Shown here in pieces: positions 1 to 8,872 of a DNA stretch of 64,000 nt. Made by a program: the position numbers and the translations under genes. Numbering within the stretch: the first letter of the stretch is position 1; each line of letters starts with the position of its first letter. The notes beneath the pieces are model-generated. The model was not told the DNA's origin and ran no database searches. It was given only the letters and a program-made list of their open reading frames with translations. Origin of the DNA: Acidobacteriota bacterium (GTDB lineage: Bacteria; Acidobacteriota; UBA890; WLXD01); the NCBI GenBank assembly GCA_963666055.2, contig CAXWPH010000015.1, positions 1,248,001 through 1,312,000 of the forward strand, written 5' to 3'.

Positions 1-20
1 ATGGCTCTGCCGTACGACCC

Positions 21-1235
21 ATGAGAATGAAACGTTCCCGTTTCCGCTGGCTGAAGCGAAATAGGGTCCCCGAGTCGCTCCTGCTGGTTCTGATCGCAGT
101 CACGCCCGCGCTTGTGCTGGGACAAGCGTCGGCGCAAGAGCCGCAGATCCGCATCGTCACTCCGAGGACCGCTGACGACCCTGAGTCGGTGGGCCGCATC
201 CAGGTGCTGGTCCGTGCCGGCGACGGCCCGGTTGTATCGGTTACGGCGTTTGTCGACGGGATACCGCTGGAACCACTCGCGGGGCCGCCGTACCGGTGGG
301 ATATGCCTCCGCGGGCCGGTGACTCTACGATTAGCGTGCGGGTCACAGCTCGCGACGAGCACGGCCATCAAGCATCTGAAGAAGTGCTGGTTGGAGGAGC
401 CAACGAAGTCCCGTTGTTCCACTCCGATAGCCAGGCCGTCACACTGAACATCGGTGTTTTCGACAGCTGGAAGCGACGGATTCTCGACTTGCAGCGGCAC
501 GAGGTCATCGTTCGCGACAACGGCCGCCCCCAGGAGATTCTGGGGTTCGGGCGCGAGAACATTCCGCTCCGGGCTCTGGTGCTCCTCGATCACAGTGGCA
601 GCATGGATGGCCGTATGGAGATGGCGCGTCAGGCGCTCGATCAGCTCCTGAGTAGGCTCGATGCCCGGGACCAGTTGAAGCTGGTGGCATTCAACGACCG
701 CATCAACCAGATGGTCGATTTCACCCAAGACCGTGATGCGATCCGCGTCAGCGCAGCCTCTCTGGAGGCTGGTGGCGGCACGGCGCTTTACGACGCGATT
801 CTGTTCGCGCTGCAGAGCTTCGAGACCGACACCTCATCGCCGACCCGGCCGGCCATGGTGATTCTCTCGGACGGTTGGGATCAAGACAGTGTCAACCCAA
901 TGAGCCGCGTCATCGATCGGGTTCGAGAAGTGGGCGCTACGATCTTCGCAGTGGGGCACGGTGAGGCGCTCGAGAGCGACAAGCTGCGTGCCACACTGCG
1001 CGAGATTGCCCGTTCTACGGGGGGTGAGGCGTTCTTCGTGCCCCGCGCCGACCACCTTTCCCCGATCTTCGCGCAGATAGCCAGGCGCATGCGGGCCATG
1101 TACTTCGTTTCCTTCATATCCGACACTCGGTCGTCGGGGTGGCACGAGCTGACGGTCGAAGTGCCGGAGCGTCGTCGTTTGACGCTCCTTCACAAGCTGG
1201 GCTACGTCGCCGTGGGCGACGACGGGGGACGGTGA
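21..1235 (+). CDS. Secreted VWA-domain protein (VWFA-related type) with N-terminal Ig-like domain
   Basis: Signal peptide; MIDAS motifs LLDHSGSM, GGTALYDAI, ILSDGWD; C-terminal beta domain. Confidence 0.85.
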   Translation: MRMKRSRFRWLKRNRVPESLLLVLIAVTPALVLGQASAQEPQIRIVTPRTADDPESVGRIQVLVRAGDGPVVSVTAFVDGIPLEPLAGPPYRWDMPPRAGDSTISVRVTARDEHGHQASEEVLVGGANEVPLFHSDSQAVTLNIGVFDSWKRRILDLQRHEVIVRDNGRPQEILGFGRENIPLRALVLLDHSGSMDGRMEMARQALDQLLSRLDARDQLKLVAFNDRINQMVDFTQDRDAIRVSAASLEAGGGTALYDAILFALQSFETDTSSPTRPAMVILSDGWDQDSVNPMSRVIDRVREVGATIFAVGHGEALESDKLRATLREIARSTGGEAFFVPRADHLSPIFAQIARRMRAMYFVSFISDTRSSGWHELTVEVPERRRLTLLHKLGYVAVGDDGGR

Positions 1236-4200
1236 AGTTGGGGAGCCGGCAGTTGTGGGTCCACGCCCTTGCTGCGCTGCTGGTCAGCGGGTTCCCGGCA
1301 CTGGACCTTTACGGTTCGGTTGCTCCCCAGGAGACGGTTGCCGCGCAGGAGGGCGTCGTTGTTCCTGGCGGTAAAGAATTCGCCCGCTCGTATCTCGGCA
1401 TGGTGGAGGGGCGTAGCAAGGACTTTCTTCACGAGCTTGCCGAGTACCTCCAGGAACCCGGCATGCGCACGCGTGCCTTGCGTCTGGACAAGGCGATCGA
1501 CGAGCTCCTTGATTACGAGAAGCTGCAGCAACAGCTCCGTGGCAAGCACGGTGCGGAGCCGCCGAGCTTCGCGCACCCGGATGCTTCTGCCTATGCCAAG
1601 GCTCGCGACCTGGTTGGTTGGTTCGGTGTTCGGCCCGTCGAACTTGACGGCCCTCTGAGCCTGGAGCTGCGTGGCGGCGACTCACAGAAGCTCAGGCGCG
1701 AGGTATTTGCTCACCTCGGCTACGACATCCCCGAGCTGATCGCGCTCTGGGCGAGCGGTGAGCCCATCCACATGCCCGTGCCGAAAGAGACGGCTGCCGT
1801 GATGTTCGGTGGCGGCGCCTGGAAGCAGGAGGTCTTCGACAAGCAGTTCACGCCCACAGAATTGTTCCGCGAGTTCCTGCGCGACAACGAAGCGCGCTGG
1901 GTGATGCTCGGCTACGTACGACTCGACCCCGACACTCGCGATCTGTTGCGGGCGACGATGGGGCTGCGTGAGCCGTATCGGGACCGCCGCTTGAGCAGCG
2001 TGTTCGCCGAGCTGGCCCACTACCTCCGAAGTCATGACGGCGCGCTCGTGCTGCCGGGCGAATCGCGCCTCGCCTGGACGAAGATACTGGGCTCCTGGAA
2101 CTCGCCCTCGGATCTCGTGCGACGGCTCGTGGATCGCGACGACGGACGCGCACTCCACCTGTGGCGGGCGCTTTCCCTGGTGCCACCACGCCGGGCCCGC
2201 TTCCTGCTGACACACGGTGCCACCGACCGGGAGAGCATCGAGCGGTGGGCGAGCGATCTCTACGGCAGCATCCGCATCCCCGGTCGCCAGCAGGCGCTGC
2301 GCTGGCGGGGTGACCTGGCCGACCTGTTCCTGCAGCTGCGCCTCCGTCCCGACGGCGAAGGCATCAGCTGGCTCGGCGGCGGCAAGGCATGGATCGCGGC
2401 ACTCCGGAGCGACCGCGTGGTGAGTGACCGCGCCGCCCTGGACAAGGAGCTGCGCGACGAGCGGGTTCGAGAGGCGGCGGATCACGGTGCTGCCGTCGAT
2501 GCCGAGATCTTGCGACGACTCGTCCAGGGGTTCGAGGGCTCCGAGCTTCAGCAAGGTACCCACGCGATCGAGCGGTTTGTCGCCATTCAGGCGGCCTTTC
2601 GGTACCAGCCTGCGGCCGCCACGCCCAGGACGGTCACCCTGTTGTATCGAAACTACGATCGCTTGGCGCAAGCCTACGGGTTTCTTGTCGGCCCCACTCC
2701 CATCCATGCCGATAGCGTCGAACGCCTGATCTACTTTCTGGGGCGTGCGGCAAGCCCGCACGACGATAAGCAACGGGAAGCCGCGGCAAGGCAGGCGCAG
2801 GCGACGCTGCTCATCCTCAAACGACTCCTGGATAACGGCCGGGTGCCCGCGGAGCAACGCCACGAGGTGCTCGGGCAGCTTTTGGATCTGCCGCTCGATC
2901 AAGAAGCCGGAGGCTTCGGCCGCGGCCTCGCCGACTGGTGGCGGCAGACACTCCTCCCTGCCATCGGCCACCAGGGCAACTTCGCCGACGCCGAGAGCCT
3001 CAGCCAGAGTCTGGTCGCAGCCCTGGCGGACCGGGCACCGGCAGCTGAAGTGACGGTCGACGGCATCCAACTCCGCTTCTCCACCGGCGACATGTGGGTC
3101 TCACGCATTCATGACAGCCTCCAGATGCAGCGGTTGGCACCGTTCGGCCACGTACTCGAGCTCGATGCGATAGCCGCCGAATACGGGGACAAGTCGAGCG
3201 CCGAGCTGGGGCAGCTGGGCAACGAGATCGAGGCACGGGTACGTCCCGTCTGGAACGCGCTGCGGGATTCCGTCGCCACGGCGATCTATGAGGGCGACGG
3301 CGATGACGAGGTCCCTCTGCCGCTCAAGCGCCAGGATCTCCCGGACCAGGTGGGGCGCCTACTGCGCGATGCCGGCAGGAACGAGAACCGTCCCGAGGAC
3401 TTCGCGGACGTCCGCAAGCACCTCACGAGCTGGTTCACCGACTCCCTGGTGGCGGTTGCCTACGCGATTCATATCAACGATCCGAGGGGGCTCTACTTTG
3501 ACGATCGCCAGCCCGCCTGGCTGCATCGACTCGGTCCTCTCCAGGAGTCGCCTAGAGACACCGGGCCGTGGCTGCACACGCGGGAGGTGCGCGACCAAGC
3601 ATCAGGTCTGCAGCTGCAGAACAGCTTGCTGGGCGTACCCGGTCACCTTGGCCACTGGGCGCTGCGCATGCAGACACTGCAAAGCGGGGTCAGCTTCGCG
3701 GCGGGGTCGGCGGCGGAGTCATGGAGTGAAGCGGTGTTCGCCGTCCATCCCGCCGCGCTGAGTGCTCCGTCGCTGCAGGCTCTGACGGCACGGCTAGATC
3801 GCGCCGCCGAATGGGTGGAGGCCGCCGCGGCGGTCTCCGATCCGGCGCTCCCTGCACCCTGGCTCGAGTCGGCGCATGCCGTGTCCACGCTGGAGGGGAT
3901 GTTGAACCTGTTGCACCGTCCGGCGGACGCTTGGCGGTTGCGCCAGGACATCGCGGCGGGCGATGCCCAGTCTGCCTTGGAGCGCATGACGCCAGGCGAT
4001 CGCTACCTGCTCGTCTGGGGGGCGGAAGATCTCGCGCACGCGATCGATCCAGCGCCGCGCTGGGAAGCGGACAACCTGGTGGGATTACCCTACTGGCGCG
4101 GCGCCGGAACTCTCGGTCTGACCCACCCGAGCTTGGTCCCGAAAGGTGAAGCCGCCAATGCGGTCACCGATGGTCTGCTGTACGCGCGCGTGCTCGGGAT

Positions 4201-4435
4201 TCGAGTCGAGCTGGCGCGGGGCCTCGCCGAAAATGGCTACCCCGCCGCTCTGGCAGCGCCATTGCTACTTCCTGCCATGGGCGCGGCGCTCCAGGCCATC
4301 GATCCGGACACTGCAACCGTCTGGGACGAGATCGCCATCGCGGTGCCCAATGTGGTGACTCCCGAAGCGGTTCGCAACTGGGTTCTGGAGCTCGCCTTCA
4401 ACGAAGACCTCACACCCGCGAGGATACCCTTCTAG
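1232..4435 (+). CDS. Large secreted hypothetical protein (~1067 aa)
   Basis: Long ORF; GTG start at 1232 overlaps the VWA gene stop (GTGA); hydrophobic N-terminus. Confidence 0.75.
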   Translation: MKLGSRQLWVHALAALLVSGFPALDLYGSVAPQETVAAQEGVVVPGGKEFARSYLGMVEGRSKDFLHELAEYLQEPGMRTRALRLDKAIDELLDYEKLQQQLRGKHGAEPPSFAHPDASAYAKARDLVGWFGVRPVELDGPLSLELRGGDSQKLRREVFAHLGYDIPELIALWASGEPIHMPVPKETAAVMFGGGAWKQEVFDKQFTPTELFREFLRDNEARWVMLGYVRLDPDTRDLLRATMGLREPYRDRRLSSVFAELAHYLRSHDGALVLPGESRLAWTKILGSWNSPSDLVRRLVDRDDGRALHLWRALSLVPPRRARFLLTHGATDRESIERWASDLYGSIRIPGRQQALRWRGDLADLFLQLRLRPDGEGISWLGGGKAWIAALRSDRVVSDRAALDKELRDERVREAADHGAAVDAEILRRLVQGFEGSELQQGTHAIERFVAIQAAFRYQPAAATPRTVTLLYRNYDRLAQAYGFLVGPTPIHADSVERLIYFLGRAASPHDDKQREAAARQAQATLLILKRLLDNGRVPAEQRHEVLGQLLDLPLDQEAGGFGRGLADWWRQTLLPAIGHQGNFADAESLSQSLVAALADRAPAAEVTVDGIQLRFSTGDMWVSRIHDSLQMQRLAPFGHVLELDAIAAEYGDKSSAELGQLGNEIEARVRPVWNALRDSVATAIYEGDGDDEVPLPLKRQDLPDQVGRLLRDAGRNENRPEDFADVRKHLTSWFTDSLVAVAYAIHINDPRGLYFDDRQPAWLHRLGPLQESPRDTGPWLHTREVRDQASGLQLQNSLLGVPGHLGHWALRMQTLQSGVSFAAGSAAESWSEAVFAVHPAALSAPSLQALTARLDRAAEWVEAAAAVSDPALPAPWLESAHAVSTLEGMLNLLHRPADAWRLRQDIAAGDAQSALERMTPGDRYLLVWGAEDLAHAIDPAPRWEADNLVGLPYWRGAGTLGLTHPSLVPKGEAANAVTDGLLYARVLGIRVELARGLAENGYPAALAAPLLLPAMGAALQAIDPDTATVWDEIAIAVPNVVTPEAVRNWVLELAFNEDLTPARIPF

Positions 4436-4453
4436 CATGTCCTCCACGGCCTG

Positions 4454-6463
4454 CTAGTGATCCGGTTGGGCTAGTCCGGTAGGTAGCGCCACGGCGGCGA
4501 GCGAACCGGAGTGGGCCGGCCCGCCTATGGGCAGCACGATGTACTGCCTGCCCTCGTGCATGTAAGTCATCGGCGCGCTGTTGCTCTGCGCCGGGATATC
4601 CACCGTGCCGAGTCGCTCGCCGGTGAGCTTGTCGACCGCGTGCAACAGTGGAGCGCCGCGGCGGCCCTCGGCGTAGATGAGCAGTGTCTTGGTAATCACC
4701 TTGGTGGCGTGCGACGGCTTGCCGGTGTTGGGGATATCGAGGCCTTGCAGTGCCGGGTGATGGATAATCGACTCGGGTGTGTCGCCGTTGGGGATCCACC
4801 ACAGATGCTCGCCGGTGTTCAGATCGATCGCCGTGATACGACCGTAGGGCGGCTTGAGGTAGGGCAGTCCCTGGACCCGGCCAGGCCCGACGCTCGGTCC
4901 GCTCGCCCACGCCATGACTGTCTTGCCGATCGGGTTGGGATCGTTGGCATCTGCCTCGATGCCGGGGATCAGCGATTGCCCGGAGCAGGTCTTGGTAGAC
5001 GCGACGTAGAGGATCTGGGTCTGCGGGTCGACCGCTGCTCCTCCGGGGATGTTGGTGCCGCCGCCCCCACCGGGGCAGATCAATGAGGTCTTGAAGCCCA
5101 GGTTGTTGTCGCGGTGTAGCGGTGGGTTGAAGAGCGGGCCGAGCTGGAATTCGCTGAGCATCTCTACCGCCGCCTGCCGGAGCTCTGGCGTGAAGTCGAT
5201 CAGGTCGTCCTCGGTGACGCCCTGCATCTCGTACGCTGCCGGCCTCGTCGGGAACGGTTGCGTCGGCGATGTTTGCTCCCCGGGGATCTTCGACGACGGA
5301 ACCGGGCGCTCCTCGATCGGCCATACCGGCTCGCCGGTCTCACGGTTGAGCACGTAGGCGAAGCTCTGCTTGGTCGTCTGTACCAACGCCGGGATCTTCT
5401 TGCCGTCGACGGTGATGTCGACGAGGTTCGGCGCGGTGGGGTTGTCGTAGTTCCAGATGTCGTGATGCACGGTCTGGAAGTGCCAGCGGCGCTCACCCGT
5501 CTTGATGTCGACGGCGATGATGGAGGTGGCGAAGAGGTTGTCGCCGGGAGAGAAGCCGCCCCAGTAGTCGTTAGTCGGCGGATCGGTGACGAAGTAGACC
5601 AGCCCGAGCTCCGGGTCAGCGGCCATCGGTGCCCATGCCGAGACGTTGCCGGTGTACGACCAGGCATCGCTTTCCCAGGTGTCGTGGCCGAACTCGCCGG
5701 GCTGCGGGATAACGTTGAACTTCCACAGGTGATCGCCAGAACGCGCGTCGTACGCCAGCACGTGCCCGGGCACGTTCTCGCGTCGGGTCTGCCGGTAACC
5801 CTGCTCGTGCGAGTTGCCCACCACCACCACGTCGTTGACCACCATCGGCGGCGAGGAGTTGGTGATGTAGCCGGTTTCCGTGGGAAGCCCCTCGTAGGCG
5901 TCGTACTCGTAGCCGAGGTCGGCCAGCAGATCTACGGTGCCCTCGTTGCCGAACTGCTCGATTGGCTTTCCGGTGACGGCGTCGAGCGCGTGCAGGAAGA
6001 AGCCCGGCGAGATCATGTAGATCACACCGCGGCGGTCGATGTTGGCGTACCCGACGCCCTTGCCATAGTTCTTCCGCATCGAGTCTTCCCAGCGCGGCGT
6101 GTAGGGCTCGCGGTAGGTCCACAACGTCTCGCCGGTGGCCGGATCGATAGCGACGACCGTGCGCCGCTGACCGGCGACGGTGTACAGCACCCCGTTCGCG
6201 TAGGTCGGCGTGGAGCGCATGATGTTGTCCACCGAGGGGCCGTAGTTGTCGCCCCGCCACACCCAGGCGACCTCGAGATCCTCGAAGTTGTCGGCGTTGA
6301 TCTGGTCGAGCGGCGAGTAGCGTGTGCTGAAGGTATCGCCGCCCCAGTGGCGCCATTCGCCGTTCTCGGTACCAGTGCTCGATCCGCCGTTCTGACCGAC
6401 CGCAGGCATCGACATCAAGCACAGGGTGAGCGCAATCGCGGCGCCCATCGCAGGTTTCGTCAT
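4454..6463 (-). CDS. PQQ-dependent dehydrogenase (quinoprotein glucose dehydrogenase-like), periplasmic
   Basis: TRYSPLDQINADN, WHFQTVHHDIWNYD, SPTQPFP, KPPYGRITAIDL, PMTYMHEGRQYIV motifs; ATG 6463 overlaps upstream stop. Confidence 0.9.
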   Translation of the reverse strand: MTKPAMGAAIALTLCLMSMPAVGQNGGSSTGTENGEWRHWGGDTFSTRYSPLDQINADNFEDLEVAWVWRGDNYGPSVDNIMRSTPTYANGVLYTVAGQRRTVVAIDPATGETLWTYREPYTPRWEDSMRKNYGKGVGYANIDRRGVIYMISPGFFLHALDAVTGKPIEQFGNEGTVDLLADLGYEYDAYEGLPTETGYITNSSPPMVVNDVVVVGNSHEQGYRQTRRENVPGHVLAYDARSGDHLWKFNVIPQPGEFGHDTWESDAWSYTGNVSAWAPMAADPELGLVYFVTDPPTNDYWGGFSPGDNLFATSIIAVDIKTGERRWHFQTVHHDIWNYDNPTAPNLVDITVDGKKIPALVQTTKQSFAYVLNRETGEPVWPIEERPVPSSKIPGEQTSPTQPFPTRPAAYEMQGVTEDDLIDFTPELRQAAVEMLSEFQLGPLFNPPLHRDNNLGFKTSLICPGGGGGTNIPGGAAVDPQTQILYVASTKTCSGQSLIPGIEADANDPNPIGKTVMAWASGPSVGPGRVQGLPYLKPPYGRITAIDLNTGEHLWWIPNGDTPESIIHHPALQGLDIPNTGKPSHATKVITKTLLIYAEGRRGAPLLHAVDKLTGERLGTVDIPAQSNSAPMTYMHEGRQYIVLPIGGPAHSGSLAAVALPTGLAQPDH

Positions 6464-7344
6464 CGCATTCCACCTCCTGAAACGGACACCGGCACGTACC
6501 CATTCGTCCAGCAACATTGATCACCTGAACTGCTGTCGTTGGCAGCCCAGTTGTCCACCCGGACGCGAAGCACATAGTCGCCGGCTTCGCTGAACGTCGC
6601 GGTTGTAATCGCTTCGCCTATGCCCTCCTCCAACACGATCTCGCGATCCTCGAACACCACCGCGCCGGGGGGGCCTTGATGTTTGAACCAGGTCAGCTTC
6701 ACCGCGACACCATCCCTGTTCGCGGTGTCGTGGTCAAACCGTTCCGAGATCTCGCTAGCCCATACCGTCAGCGCTAGCGGGCTTCCCACCGTCGCGACCC
6801 GTGGCTGGTTCAGCCTGACACCCGTAGGGTGCTGGCCCTCCATCCCGTTGGGCTCAAGCCTCAATAGAGGTGGTACGGACCCCATACCCCGCGGTCCGTA
6901 GTCGAGCTGAAGGGCGTCGATTCCCACCCTTGCCGGCACCGAATAGGTCACGCCGTTGGCACGGATGGTCCACACAACTCGCCGCTCTCCATCTCCATAC
7001 GACGCTGGCACCGTCACCGTGAAAACACCCCTGTCTCGGCGTGGATCGACCGGGAAGTGCGTCGGCTGCTCACCATTGAACACGGCTGGTTCGACGAAGT
7101 TATCCGGCCCGATGGGAATCTCGAGTATCTCCTCCAAATTCAAGTTGAAGTACCCGAACGAGAACGTGTAGGTGCCGTCTGAGTTCGCGTACCAGCCTTC
7201 AAAGAACGGAGCTACCGGTTCGCCTGCTGGTGGTCGCGGCGCCAGCGGAAGCCGCTGCACCTGCTGTGCCCCGACAGGTGCCGAGCTCATGATGGCGGCG
7301 ATCAGCGCCAAGCAAGGACTGACCCGGAGCAGGCGGCCCTTCAT
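6460..7344 (-). CDS. Conserved secreted hypothetical protein with C-terminal Ig/PKD-like domain
   Basis: Signal peptide; PFFEGWYAN..FSFGYFN, QPTHF, FSEAGDYVLRV, QCCWTNGYV; ATGA overlaps at both ends. Confidence 0.8.
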   Translation of the reverse strand: MKGRLLRVSPCLALIAAIMSSAPVGAQQVQRLPLAPRPPAGEPVAPFFEGWYANSDGTYTFSFGYFNLNLEEILEIPIGPDNFVEPAVFNGEQPTHFPVDPRRDRGVFTVTVPASYGDGERRVVWTIRANGVTYSVPARVGIDALQLDYGPRGMGSVPPLLRLEPNGMEGQHPTGVRLNQPRVATVGSPLALTVWASEISERFDHDTANRDGVAVKLTWFKHQGPPGAVVFEDREIVLEEGIGEAITTATFSEAGDYVLRVRVDNWAANDSSSGDQCCWTNGYVPVSVSGGGMR

Positions 7345-8696
7345 CTCTGAGCTGCCACCTCTGCGTTTGCTTTCCTGTTGGCAACCTGTTGCTCGTAGCC
7401 CGCCTCGTCCAAGTGGGTTACCGCAAGCCAGGCGTGCGACATCTCGTCCATCGTACGGGCGCCTCGCGCATACCAGATTTCTGGATCGGGATTCAGCGGG
7501 TTGTTCTCCGTGTTGTCGTACCACGCGGTGATAACCAAGACGGTACCCGTGGGCAACAGCGGAGCCGCGTCGTCCTCATAGATATAACTGTGGTGCCATC
7601 TGGCGTTGAAGTTGGTCACCATGCTCAAGAGTTCCTGCGAGCCATCCGGATAGATCGCCCGCATGGATTTCGCATGAAGATGCACATGCCCGTGGGGCTG
7701 GAAGCTGTCGATGCGGACCGGATGATCCCAACGGTGGAAGCCCTGGGTCATCGCGGTTCCACCGGGTGCCAGGGCAATATCACCGTCCAGACGGTACATC
7801 GCCAGGTCTTGTGTGAACTCCGGCTCGTAGTCCTCGGGATATAACCAGAGGCCAAGCTCGATCTGATCGTCCTCGACGACATAGCCCATCGGGTAGTAAT
7901 GCACGTCCCATTCGATTAGCGCGTTCACCGGCAGCAAACGGGCTGCGTCTGACGGGATGATCTCGCCGATCTTGCCCATGGCATATTCCGAGAGCATCGC
8001 CGTCCGGACCCATTCACCATCCTCGTCCTGGGTCATTAATCTAGGGATGGCGTGGTGCACGACTTGACGGCCGGCGGGGAAGGAAGGCCGTATTTCGAAG
8101 GCCCGAATCAGCCTGTCCGCGTTGAGCCCCGTCTCCACTCTCGGACGCCACCAGATGTCGCCTCCCTCGGCCGGCACCGTATAGGGTCTCGACTCGATGA
8201 CGTGATCCGGCTCGCCCAGCTGGTCTTCGAGCTGCCACTTGTTGCCCTCCGGCCATTCCACCGGGGGCGGCATATCCGCCACGTCCCCCCTCGGCGTGCC
8301 GCTATCCACCCATGCGACGATGGTCTGGATCTGTTGCTCACTCAGCCTCCAGTCGTTCTTGATTGCCTGGATCCCGACACGTGTATCGAGGTGATACGGA
8401 GGCATTTCCCTGGCGGCCACCTGATCCTTGATCCGTGTTGCATAGCGTTTAGCCTGAGCATAGGTAAGAAGAGACATCGGCCCGACTGAGCCCGGCCGAT
8501 GGCAGATCTGACAGTTCTCCTGCAGAATCGGCGCCACGTCCCGAGTAAACGAGACAGCGTTTCCCTCGCCCGACACTGACTCATCGGACTGCTGCATCGA
8601 GAAAGCGTCGCCGCGGAAAGTCAGTAGGAAGAGGAGCGCTAACAGACAGGTCCCCAATAGCCCTGGATGCCTTGCGCGTGCCGATTTGTTGCCCAT
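7341..8696 (-). CDS. Cytochrome c fused to copper type II (PHM/DBH-like) monooxygenase-like domains
   Basis: Signal peptide; CQICH heme motif with distal MPP; VVHH, PHGH and DEM candidate Cu ligands. Confidence 0.75.
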   Translation of the reverse strand: MGNKSARARHPGLLGTCLLALLFLLTFRGDAFSMQQSDESVSGEGNAVSFTRDVAPILQENCQICHRPGSVGPMSLLTYAQAKRYATRIKDQVAAREMPPYHLDTRVGIQAIKNDWRLSEQQIQTIVAWVDSGTPRGDVADMPPPVEWPEGNKWQLEDQLGEPDHVIESRPYTVPAEGGDIWWRPRVETGLNADRLIRAFEIRPSFPAGRQVVHHAIPRLMTQDEDGEWVRTAMLSEYAMGKIGEIIPSDAARLLPVNALIEWDVHYYPMGYVVEDDQIELGLWLYPEDYEPEFTQDLAMYRLDGDIALAPGGTAMTQGFHRWDHPVRIDSFQPHGHVHLHAKSMRAIYPDGSQELLSMVTNFNARWHHSYIYEDDAAPLLPTGTVLVITAWYDNTENNPLNPDPEIWYARGARTMDEMSHAWLAVTHLDEAGYEQQVANRKANAEVAAQR

Positions 8697-8872
8697 GATG
8701 CGCCCTCCTGACAGAAAAGACTGGCGTCGCATTTTGGCCGCCCACGTGAAGCAGGCTAGATGTCGATCATCGCGACCGTCAAGGGACGTTGTAAAATCGC
8801 CGGGGTCGTGATACCGCTCGTTGTGGCAAATGGAAGGAACTGCAGTTTCAGGCTCGACGGATGGAGGGTGGC

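Noticed and set aside
1682-3070. Long antisense ORFs (also 5258-6520, 10404-11615, 14035-15342, 28649-29782)
   Set aside because: Shadow ORFs expected opposite high-GC coding genes; no recognisable motifs
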